A program made the translations under genes and the position numbers. From assembly GCA_001179505.1 (NCBI GenBank), contig CDMY01000821.1, positions 62,001 through 126,000 of the forward strand: a stretch of 64,000 bases of DNA, written 5' to 3'. The notes under the pieces are model-generated. The model did no database searches, was not told where the DNA came from, and saw only the letters and a list, made by a program, of their open reading frames with translations. The DNA is from Vitrella brassicaformis CCMP3155. Lineage: Eukaryota; Protista; Chromerida. Positions 22,531-33,960 of the stretch are shown in pieces (position 1 is the first letter of the stretch; the number at the start of each line of letters is the position of its first letter).

Positions 22531-24539
22531 CTGAGAGATGCAACAAACACATCAACCACGTCTCGCCTGCCTCCCTCTGTGTCTGTCTGATGGGTGCGTG
22601 AGTGTGTACAGTACGTGCAAGAAGCCCCACATCAGCAAACAGCGACACCTGTACCCGCCGGGTGGCGAGGGGGAAGGCCCTTGCTTCCCCAAACTTCTTC
22701 CTCTGTGTGTTGATACTGATTGGTGGACCGTTTCAGATAGAACGCAGGTTCCTTGTGCGTCTATGAAGCGTCCCTACGCCTACGCCTTGATGCTTCCAAG
22801 TCGCTAAGCTCCGTCGGGCCTGCACAAGCAGACTCCATTCTGTCCGCCTTCTTGTTCTGGTAGTTAATACCATTCTACCTGAAGGATGCTCTACTTGCGG
22901 GACCCGAGTATAGCCTCTTCTCGCTCGCTTTCGACAACATCCGCAAAACACCCGCATGCCGATCGCCGCCGCAGCAGAAAACACTTCAAAACAGGCTATT
23001 ACCGAGCCAAGCCGTGTAAAGGAAGTTTGTCGTCAGCGTCTCCCAACACTTCAACAGAATCTGCCCGTGGGTCAATGTATCCCCGTCGTCGTCGTTCTGC
23101 CTTATGCTTTCTACGGTGGTGGTGGTCGCCCAGAGCGAGCGCCAGAAGTAGGGCGGTGCAACCGTTGAGGCCACATCCCTGGATTGAAATACAAGACAAC
23201 AGCAGGTGGCATCATCATCAGCTTGAAAGCCTGCAGGCGTCGAAGTTCTTCTTTCTCGCGGCGTCGGCACCTTACAAGCGTCCGCAATGCAGTCGATCGA
23301 GAACAATACAACACCATCGATGAACCCGGCCATCAGCGAAAAGTGAGTCCGCACATGCCCCGCCGATGACGATGCCGTTCCCCCACGCACCTTCTCTTCA
23401 GATTCTGAAACGAACAGAAGAGAAGACACCGAAGGCACAGGGAGGGGCTGCGGCCTGCTTCCTGTCTTGCGCTGCTTCAAAAAAGTTATTTACGCCCCGT
23501 CTCCAGTCCTGTGAATCTCGACAGCTACATCAATCCATCTACGAGGCAACACACAGGTACTCACTTGATGGAGGCGGGTTGGGTGAGAAGAAGGTGCGTG
23601 TGCGCTCGGCAGGCGTCAGGCAGTCGCCAGGCGTTCCACAAAAATCCAGGGCACCGCCAGGCGAGGCCTCGTCCTCGGCGGTGAGAAAAAGGTGGCAGGT
23701 GACGCCCGGACGAGTTGGGAGGGGTAGAGGGAGATGGGGCGGACAACACAAGCCAACAACCAGCTGAAAGGAAGAAGAAATGGAGGATCTGTGGCCGAAA
23801 GAAGGCCGAAGAGGCCACGTGGAGAAGAATGTGGGAAAATCTGCAGTAGGTTCCGCGGAAAAGCTTTTGGGGCGTCTCCCGTCTCATCGCGCGAAAATCT
23901 CGCCAGCTGAGCTTTCCGTCCGGGCACCGCCTGAGAGAATCCGCGCTAAAAGAGAACCCCATGCACAGTGACGGACGAACATGACAAATTTCATCGGCAC
24001 GCCATTGTCCTTTCCGTTCACGCTTGAAAGCGGCCATCGTTCCTCCATACTGCGATACAGTACACATTCTTCCATGCACGTGTGCTATGGAAGAATGTGT
24101 AATGGCAGACATCTCTCTCATCTCGTAGTACAGTCCAGATGAACGGATGGGCGGTAGACAGATGGTATGGTACTGGTGTGGTAATGGTGCGCGGAGTGTA
24201 CGTCCACACACTGGCAGGCACCAATGAAGGCACCGATATACGTCCATGTATGGCGACTGATGACCATGTATTTTCGTCAGCACTTGGCACACGCACATAT
24301 CAACATGCAGTCGTGTCTCTATCCACGAGTCCATCAATCCACGTTCCACCATCCTCTGGATATGCATCCCCCTCTCACCGCACCGCCACCACCCGCCTCG
24401 ATCGCCTGCAGGCCACATCGCTTCGCCGACCGACCGACCATCCATCTATCCATCCAGCCATGCTTAGCCACTCAGCCCCCTCTCTGCCCCTGCCTGGCCG
24501 GGCCCTGATGGTGCTGCCGTCATGGCCCCCACTCATTGC

Positions 24540-24754
24540 CCGGCATCACGCCGGAGCAACTTGCATTACGCGCAAGGCCGCCATGCAGCCGGCCTGGCTT
24601 GCGGCACTTCCAGCAGATGTGGCACGAGCTGCAGCTGGCCCGCCCATTCACCGACGCATTCGACTTCGACGAGATGGCTGAGGATGGCACCGTGGCCATG
24701 TTCAACCAGTGGACACAGCACATCAAGGACACTGTCCCGCTACAGCCAGGCTGA
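24540..24754 (+). pseudogene. Possible fragment of a P-loop sulfotransferase-family (Sulfotransfer_4-like) gene
   Basis: FDFDEMAEDGTVAMFNQWTQHIKDTVP resembles the 'F..H.E.VK.TVP..RLLV' region of this family, but it stops immediately afterwards. No 5' PAPS-binding motif was seen. Confidence 0.35.
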
Positions 24755-25594
24755 GAGATACACATGGACACACACACACGCACACACACACATATATGTA
24801 TGTAGCATATGAGTGGCTGCATTGGATGCATACTGCTGTCCGCTTGCAGTGATGGGGAAGTTACGGGGCCAGGCAGCCAGGCAGACAGACAGACAGGCAG
24901 GCAGGCAGATGTGTCTCGATAGTTGATTGATCGCCTAGGCAGGGAAAGGGCTGCTGTGGCCGCTACGTGGGTGTTGTGTCTCTCACACACATTTGTTCTG
25001 CTCACATTTGCTGCACTGCACGTCTGTTTGAGTGAGTGAGTTGCGTGCACCGCGACTGACTGTCGGAGCGACACAGACCACACACACTCACACACACACA
25101 CAAAAATACTGTCATCACTGCATGAGCAGTGGATGGATGCGTTGGGGCCCCTGTTTTTTTGCGGCATTTGTGTATGGGACAGTGTGTCTTTGATGTGTCT
25201 GTCGGCCTATGGCGTACAGCGTCATTCGTCGGCCTTGTTGATGTAATGATGCAGAAAGCAATCAGCGGACTTGCCGACGTTCCCTTTCCGTCCATCCATC
25301 CATCCATCCATTCTCACTCAATCTCTCCTGAACACCCTATCGCGATAGCCATGGCGACACAACCATCTCTCTCTCTCTGTATGTGTGTGGGTTTGTGCGT
25401 ACGTATGCATGTGTCACGCCTTATGGCAAAAGAGAGCAAAGCCCTTCGACACACGGAAGACGACCAAGCGCGGTTCAGACAGACAGAGATGCAGAGAGGC
25501 AGCCAAGCGACTTAAAAGCTGTTCATGCGACGTATAGGTAGACTGAGGGCCCCCCAGCCAGCCAGCCAGCCAGGTAGGTAGGTAGGTAGGTAGG

Positions 25595-26797
25595 CTAGAA
25601 GAAGCATGATGGACCTCGGCACGCCCGAAACTGGCCCTGCAGTGCGCGCACACACAGCCAAGAGAGATAGGACACACGCCATCACCTGAGCATGTGTCTC
25701 CTCCCTCATTGAAAGAGGCCTTCATTGAGGGTGTCAATGTCTCCCTCTCCCTTTGGTGCACACGTACGTGAGAGAAGAATCGACTGCGGCCCAGGTTGAC
25801 GATGCCACCCGTATCTCCAAAACCGCTATTGCCGTATAGTCGCTTGGTATTGAAGTTGATGTTGCGACCTGGCGAGACACAACGACACGGCGACACACGT
25901 GAGTGATTGAGTGCCCGCCTGCCCGGCTGCTCATCCATCAATCCATTCGCTCACCCGATCCCCGTGGGCCAAGGTTGTATTGAGCTCCCACGATGCTGGA
26001 TCGGGCCTGCAGGAACCGGCCGCTGACGTCCGTGTTCACCGAATCTTCCCCCAGATCGGCTCCCTCCGGTGGGCGTTGGGTCACCTCCACCACTGCACAA
26101 TAGCCGTCGGGCAGCGTGTCTTCGGCTGTGCAGCCCGCCTTGGCTGCCTGGATGAAGAGGAATGCGCTGTCGGCGTCGACGATCATATAGTCTCCGCCGA
26201 GAAAGGACAGCTGGATGGCGTTGGACTCCGTGTTGCGCGTGACCATCTCCACCTTGTACATGCGCTCCAACAGCCCGCCATCGTTGGCCGGCAGGTTATC
26301 CAGGTAGACCGCATCGAACTGAGTGGATGGATGGATGGATGGATGGATGGAGGCACAGCCAGCCCTCACCCACTCCTCCTATGTGTCATGCGGTCAGCTT
26401 ACGAGTTCAATCTCGGTGAGTGGTTTGTCGACCAGGTCAAAGGGGGTTACCACATCCACCTTCTGACGCACCTCTGCACACACACAGACAGCCATCCACA
26501 CCCATTCCTCCATCCAACCCCCTCCCCCCACTTACGGACGACATAGTCCCCTGTCGGCGTGAGCAGCGCTCCGTGCTCCTCTGTCTTGGGGGCGTGTGCG
26601 GGGGATGCCACGTAGGGCAGGACAAACGGCACCAGCGCCAGTGTCATGACGTAGAGGACCACCAGGACCACGATGAACACCTTGAGGACGGCATTGCTGT
26701 TCGCGGCTGCCTTTGGTGAGGGGGATGCCCTGGCGGGGGAGGATGGGTCAGATGTCGACGCCGCACCGGCACCCGCCTTCGACACGTCCGTCATCAT
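25595..26797 (-). CDS. Orphan type II membrane or secretory protein, about 5 exons
   Basis: MMTDVSK... followed by the TM segment VLKVFIVVLVVLYVMTLALVPFVL. Later exons include FDAVYLDNLPANDGGLLERMYKVEMV..GRFLQ..YNLGPR, RNINFNTKRLYGNSGFGDTGGIVNLGRSRFFSH and GQFRACRGPSCFF*, with stop at 25595-25597. Confidence 0.7.
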
Positions 26798-27824
26798 GGT
26801 TTGGGACGAAGTAGGGACGGAGCCAAAGGGGAAAAAAACGGTCGAAGTGCCGCGTAAACGATCGACTGCGACTCTTTGCAGATTGACATGCATTGCATGC
26901 AGGAGAGTCCTCCCAGATCAGTAGACGGAGTCAATGTCATAGATACAAGGAGAGCGATAGACAAGGAGGACGGACTTCGCGACAAACAAGAAGGAGAGGA
27001 GAGAGCAACACACCCAGCCTGCGCATGTGTGTGGGTCATGTGCAGTGGACGGGGGCTCACGCAACCGCACATGGGTGGCGACATGAAGGCCATTACTGTG
27101 TTGGTGCGATAACCGGCTCTAGTGATCCATCGATCCATTCATCCTTACTACCTAGGACTTACTACCACACATCGACCGACTGCATCTCTCACTCAGGGAC
27201 AGAGCTCGAGAGGGGGAGGGAGGCCATACACCATGACAACGCATGCACGCTGCCCTGCCTACGCGCCACCAAGCAAGCAATGTGCCGGTGGTGGGTGGGT
27301 GGGTGGATGGATGGATGGACAAGACTCGGGCAAGAGAGACAAATATAGGATAATCGACAACCTGACTGACTGACTGACTCGCTGGCTCGGTGAAAAATGC
27401 CTCTCGCAGCACCTAGATGGGCACACAGGCAGGCAGGCAGGCAGGCAGGCAGACAGGGAGGCCGCTGCATGTGGCCGCATCTTCGGCACCCGACACCCGA
27501 CAGCACACACACAGCTCTTGCCCCATTACGTCAGGAAAACTTGTGGACTGGCCGATACCCCCCACCAGAAAACACCCAGGAGAAAGAGACACAAACGAGG
27601 CCCCCGCCCGCCCGCCCGGCCGTTAAAATGGCAACAAGCAAAGAGCAAGCAAACACCAAAGAGGCCCCCTCTCTCAGAAGATGCAAAAATGTATGCCAGT
27701 GTGTGTGTATTGCACAGCCGAGCAAAGCAAAGAAGTGCCAGAAAGCTGAGCTAACCACAGGATGGTTAAGTAAAGAGCCGTTGGAGCCGGGGGAGCTCCG
27801 CTCGATAGACACATGGCGCGTTGG

Positions 27825-30800
27825 TCATGCCTCCTGTGAGCCCAATGTCAGGAGGTTCCTGTGGTTGTAGGGAATAAACCGGTACCCTTGCGCCTTGTAA
27901 AACTTGTTCTGGAACTCAACCCTGGAGACAGGCACCGCATGGCATCGCATCATACACACCGATCGTGTGTGTAAGGTGTGTCTGTCTGTGTCCGTGTCCG
28001 TCCGGCGGGCTGACTGACCACTGCAGCCGAAGTGCGTGCAGGAAGCACTCGAGGACGTCCATGCACAGCAGCACGCCAAAAGTGATGCCCGCAAAGATCG
28101 CAAACGCCACAAACAGCTGAACGAATGGATGATGCCATCCATCAAAGATCGAGCCATCCAGCCATCCACTCACTCACTCCCTCACTCCTCAATGCCTTAC
28201 TGCGATGGGTCTGACAAGGCTGTTTTCCATCTCGAGCACGCCGAGGATGGACTTCTCGAAGAACACCTACACACACATGCACACACACACACACACACAA
28301 CACGCGAAACACACAACACACCTCCTCCATGTGTGTGTGTGCATGGGCATGGGCATGTTGGTTCGGCGGTCCTTACGAGTGCGAGTTGCTGGTGTGCGAG
28401 TGAGAGTGCCCACAGCCGTAGGTAGGAGGCCGTGTTGGACACCGTACCCAAGACAAACTCTATCGTCTCGATCACCTGTCCAAACAACGACCAATCGACA
28501 CACAATGCAATGCATGGATAGACCGACAGACCCATGGCGTGGCCACTGACTTGGTGGATGAAGACCTCGCCAATCTCGAACTCCTCCTCGTGCTCATCCT
28601 GCACACACACACACACACACACACAACCATACACACACACAGACACCTGTGCTGTGCGTGCACCCATAACATGCACACATGAACGAACGCATCCGGTACG
28701 TACGTACCTCCCCAGCGTAGCCCTCCTCCTCAGTGTCGACAGACCGACCTATTCCAATCCACACACACACACACACACACACAGACGATGCACACACTAC
28801 GCCTGTCCGTCCGCATGCACTGCACACACGTCACGCGTGTGTGCGTACTCTGTGGGGGTGGTTTGTTGATGCTGTGGAGGCACCACAGGATCAGCGGCTT
28901 CGGGAACAACATCGTCGGCACCGTCAACACGCACACCAGGAGCAACCACTGAATGCACTCAGTCAGTCAGTCAAACACACGCACACACGAATAAGCACAG
29001 CGGTGAATTGAATGAACGCAGCACATGTGAATGTATGTATCCATGGGTGGCCAGCGTAGCGTAGCGTACCGGTTGCAGCGTCTGCTGTCCGTCGAACATG
29101 ACATCTGTGGGCTCCATGGGCTTCATCAACGCCCAGTTGATCATCAAATTGATGATCCTGTGGGACATACACGACACACGGCTCTCATGCCCCTGTCTGG
29201 TCTGCATGCATCACGTCAGGTCACATGACGAGACGGTTCCCTCACTCCAGTCCACTGACTGACTGACCCCGGTTTGTTGTTTCCCTGTATTGGCGTGATC
29301 CACTTGAGGACAATGAGGAAGTCCATGTAGCCGAACATGCCAACCAGGAAGATGACCTGCGGAATGAACTCCAACAGGAAATCCAACGGCTTCCTGCAAT
29401 GTAATGCAATGCAATGCAATGCAATCACACACAAACACACCATACACACGCACACGACGGGTGCCTCCCCTCCTCCTTCCGTGTGTTGTGTGTGTCTGGG
29501 GTGGGGTGGTGACACACGTGGCTGACTGATGAGTGAGTGATTGACCTGTAGTGTATTGCATTGGCGCCCTTGAGGAAGACACCCAGGCCCATCTGAGTCA
29601 CGCCAACCTGTCAGTCACAACGACCATCGACCAACACGTCTCGCCTTGATGCCTCGTTAGTTACGTCTCTCTCTCTACATGCTCTCTCTCCTTGTGTCGT
29701 CTGCTCACGAGGACGGCGAATTTCATCTTGAACGAGTTGGCGAAGAGCAGCTCGTTGGAGGCACCCTTCCACACGGGATCCTGAACACCCAGAGAGACAG
29801 AATGCAGGCGTGGATGGATCAAGAGTTGACGGCCGGCTGGCTGGCTGGCTGGCTGTCTCACCATGCCGAATGGGTACACGGTGCCGTCGGACACATACTG
29901 CACACACCACACACACACACACACAGACAGACAGACAGACAGACAGGTCACATGAGCGCCGCGTGTCGTGTCTGGCTTGCTCCATCTATCCATCCATTCT
30001 GCACGCAATGCAATGCATGCTGCCTCTTCCCTTCCTCAGCAGCGCTAGACTAATAGTCTGTCTCCACGGCATACAGCTCAGGATTCAAGTTTCGTATTAT
30101 TACATCACGGAGGGAAGGCAGCCATGCACTGCCCGCGTATGGATGGATGTAGGCAGAGCAGATATGCACTCATTCACTGACTGACTGACTGACTCACCGT
30201 GTTGCCCACGGGTTTGAATCGAGAGCCGAAGAGGTTCAACGCGATGGCGAAGAAGTCGTTGTACATGAAGCCTGCAATCACACACACATCGAGACACGTC
30301 ATGTCAGGACGTACACACATACACACACCCGCGGGTCTCTCTCTCTCTCTCTCTCTCTGGCAGGGGATAGGGATCTCTGTCTGTCTGTCACTCACCGGCG
30401 TAGACAGCGAAGAAGCCCATCAGAGTGATCATATACCTACACACACGAGACACACAAACGAACACTTTTTGCCCACACATCCTATCCTCTCCTCTGCGCG
30501 TGTGCCTGTCGACCTGCCCACCCGTCCCACACACCTGGCCGTCAGCGCCCCCTTCATTGTCTCGTCATCCTTCCACCGCTCCGCATTCAGCAACAGATAC
30601 GAACCTGACACACACACACACACAGACAGTAGTACCATGTGCGTGTGTGTATCTGTGTATTTGTGTATGTGTTTTTACCTAGGAGTAGTATGCAGAGTCC
30701 GTGTCCGATGTCGCCGTACATGATGCCGAAGAGGAAGGGGAAGGTGATTATGGTGAACAGCGCAGGGTTGGCCTCCTGGTAGGACGGCACGCCGTACGTG

Positions 30801-31607
30801 TCCACCAACTCCTGTTGGTGGGCGAGGCGAACAACGAATCAATCGCACCCACCAGAATGACTGACTGACGTGGTTTGTGTGTCTATGTGTGTGTTTGTGT
30901 GTTGTGTGTGCGTGCCTGGAATGCGCCCGAGAACTCGGTGCGTCTGATAAATGTGGGCGGGGCCCTCTTGGGCTGCTGCTTGTCCATCAGCAGAAACGCA
31001 CTCAGTTGCTGTCATACAGAGGGAGGGAGGCAGGGAGGGGAAAAGGCCATGTACACAGCCGCATCTGTGTGTGTGTGTGTCTATGTGTGTACTTGTTGGT
31101 TCGAGTGTTCAATGAGTATGTTTCTGATGCTGTCCTCCTCTAGCTCTGGGTACCAGCAGTTGGCCCGCAACGTGATGTCGCCTGAATACACACACACACA
31201 CACACGTGTCCGTGTGGACGGACAGACACGTGCTCTGCTCTGCTCTGCTGTCCTGTGTGTGTGTGTACCTTCCTTACCTTCGAACATGTTGAGTGTGATG
31301 TAGATGGCCTTCTCCTTGATGCAGAACAGCCGCCACTCCTCTATCAGACTGTTGCCACCCTCCTAAACCAACCAACCAACCAACCAACGAACGCACAGTC
31401 ACACACATGACATGCCATGCAGGGAGGCAGGCCCCATTAATTAGCTAGCTAGCTAGGTGGGTGGCGTGGATGTGTGAGGGATGTGCGGATGGATGGATGG
31501 ACTGTATGGTGACTGACTGACCACAGGTTCGAGTAGTGTGGCGATTTGGTCCCTCATGTGCTTCTCAAACGCCTCCAACGCCTGCAATGGGGCAGTAGCA
31601 GCAGCAC

Positions 31608-31642
<35 letters not shown>

Positions 31643-33674
31643 TGGATCGACAGACTCCCTTCCTGCCTGGCTGGCTGGCTGCCTCTACGTGTGTCCTTCC
31701 TGAGTCTGTTGCTTGCCTTTGATGTTTCCTCGAGGTTGAGTGCCGTCTCGTTGAGCTCTCGCTGCAACTCCATGATCGAACCGGGACTGCAGTCAGTCAC
31801 ACATCAGATGCATCACATGCACGACACGACAAAGGCACAGGTAGGCATATATTTGCCCATCGGTGGCGTGGGTGGGGTGTGTTCCCCCCGTGCAGTGCAC
31901 GTGTTGTGTTGATGTGTTGTTAGGGTAGGGAACGCACATGGTGTACATGCTGACGCCGAACGCGGCACAGATCTTCTTGATCTTCTCAAACATGGCGCTC
32001 GTCGTCGAACCCTTCATTTCATCATCATCAACACACACACACACACACAGGGACATGGTATGATGGATGCATCGATGTCTTGACCCACTCCCTCCCTCCC
32101 ACACAGTGACGCACAGCCGTACGTCCGTACCAGGAAGTAGACGATGAAGACGCTCTTGGCGACCTCCTTGCCCGACTTGGCGTCGACCAGCTTCTCAGCG
32201 ATGGGCGTGAACGACACGTAGGTGTTGCCGCGCGACGCTCGGAACAACGTACGCGCAAACCTCTCCTGGTCTGCCAGCAGTATCACACCCGCTACGTTGC
32301 TGCAGTGCGGTGCAGTGGGTGTCACACAAACAGCATAACAACACACACACCAGATACACACGCGTGCCCTCACTGTGGTGTGTGTTGTTATGGTGTGAGC
32401 GTGTGTGATCTGACTTGGCCATGTCTATGGTGGTCTGTCCGCCGCCGCCCTCCTCGAGCAGCGGCTCCCTCCCCCGGTCGCCGAATGTGTCTGAAGCGCG
32501 TCGCACCGCCTGGACGTCGGCCGGCCGGGGGCTGTCGAACATGGCCTGCGCTACCAACAACACCTGACGCCACTCAGTCTGAGTGAGGCACGGAGGGAGG
32601 GGAGCCAACAACACACACACCACACGGACAGACAGACAGGTACGTGCACATGACATTGGGGGAGTGTGTGGAGGAATGAATGGTGTTGATGGGATAGTCG
32701 CACGGTACCATACCACGCTGTTTCTTTGTTCGGTAAGTTCCTGGTTGTTGTCGCGGAACTTGACAAACTGCTCGTACAGCTTCTTCAAAGACTCCTACAG
32801 TGTGTGTATCAATCAGCATAGCATATGCGCCAGTCAGTCAGCGAATGAGTGAGTGTGTGCCCCTCATCCATCCCCTCCCCTCACTCACCTCGACTTTGTC
32901 AAGTTGGTACTCGTGGTCGTGCGATAGGAACTCGTCGAACTTGTTGCGCAGAACCGGGCCACCATGCCGACCCGTCTCCTCATACAGAAACCTGCACGTC
33001 CACCGCACAGACACACACGTTCACACCACACACACACGCAGTGCAGTGCAGTGCAGGTCGGTCGATGTGGGCTGTGGTGTGCTGTGCTGCCACATGACAT
33101 GTGTGGTGTGCGTGGAGGTGACGTGGTGCATATGGATTGACCCCATATCTTTTTATGCATACCTGAGGATGCGTTCCATTTCCTCAAGCCTCTGCACATA
33201 CTTCTTGTAGGGCCGCTGCATCGAATGGGCGTTCATCTGACATGACAGCACAGCACACACAGCACAACGGACAGACCAGACAGACAAACAGACGCAGAAA
33301 AGACAACCACACAAATACACACATGAATTCAGTACACCCATGGCATGGATGGACTGGACACGTGTGTGGTTGTGTGTGTGTGTGTGTCTGTCAGTGAGTG
33401 TGTGTGTGCCACATCTCTTTGTCTGTCTGTCTGTCTGTCTGTCTGTGATTCACTCCTCACGTCGACAAACTGCATGTTGGCTTTGCGGCCGAGGATGTCG
33501 ATGAAGGCCCGTGCACGCTCCGACGGCAGCACCAGCGTGCCGTGCTTCATCGTCTGGTGGCAAACACACACAACAAGCACAACACAACACGACACATCAA
33601 CCAGTGACACTGCAACCAGCCATCACCATTGATAGCATCGCCAAGCTGCTCACCTCTGATCGCAGGAGCCCCAT
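27825..33674 (-). CDS. ATP6V0A: V-type H+-ATPase V0 subunit a (about 100 kDa), more than 20 exons
   Basis: [117 protein letters not shown] (essential Arg) and [32 protein letters not shown]. Confidence 0.96.
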
Positions 33675-33960
33675 GTCGGCTGGCCTGGGTCACAGGAACG
33701 ATGCAAACGCCACAACCGACCCCCCTTGGCTACCCCTCCCTTAAACCAAGCCCGAAGATGACACCAAGTGAATGACTCAACGCCGATGGCGAACGAAGGG
33801 CAGTGCTTTCAGTCAGAAGTGCTGTTGTCGTGTGTTCACGGCCCTCGGAAGCTCATTTGAGCGCCCTGACGTCTGGCGATCATGCGAGCCACAATTGCGA
33901 GCTTGTAGTCTTTCCAAGAAGACAGACAAAAGAAAGGCTGACAAAAGCGCTGACAAAGTG
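33675..33960. promoter_or_regulatory. Putative bidirectional promoter between V-ATPase a and RlmN
   Basis: Divergent ATGs 286 bp apart. Position-based inference only. Confidence 0.5.
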
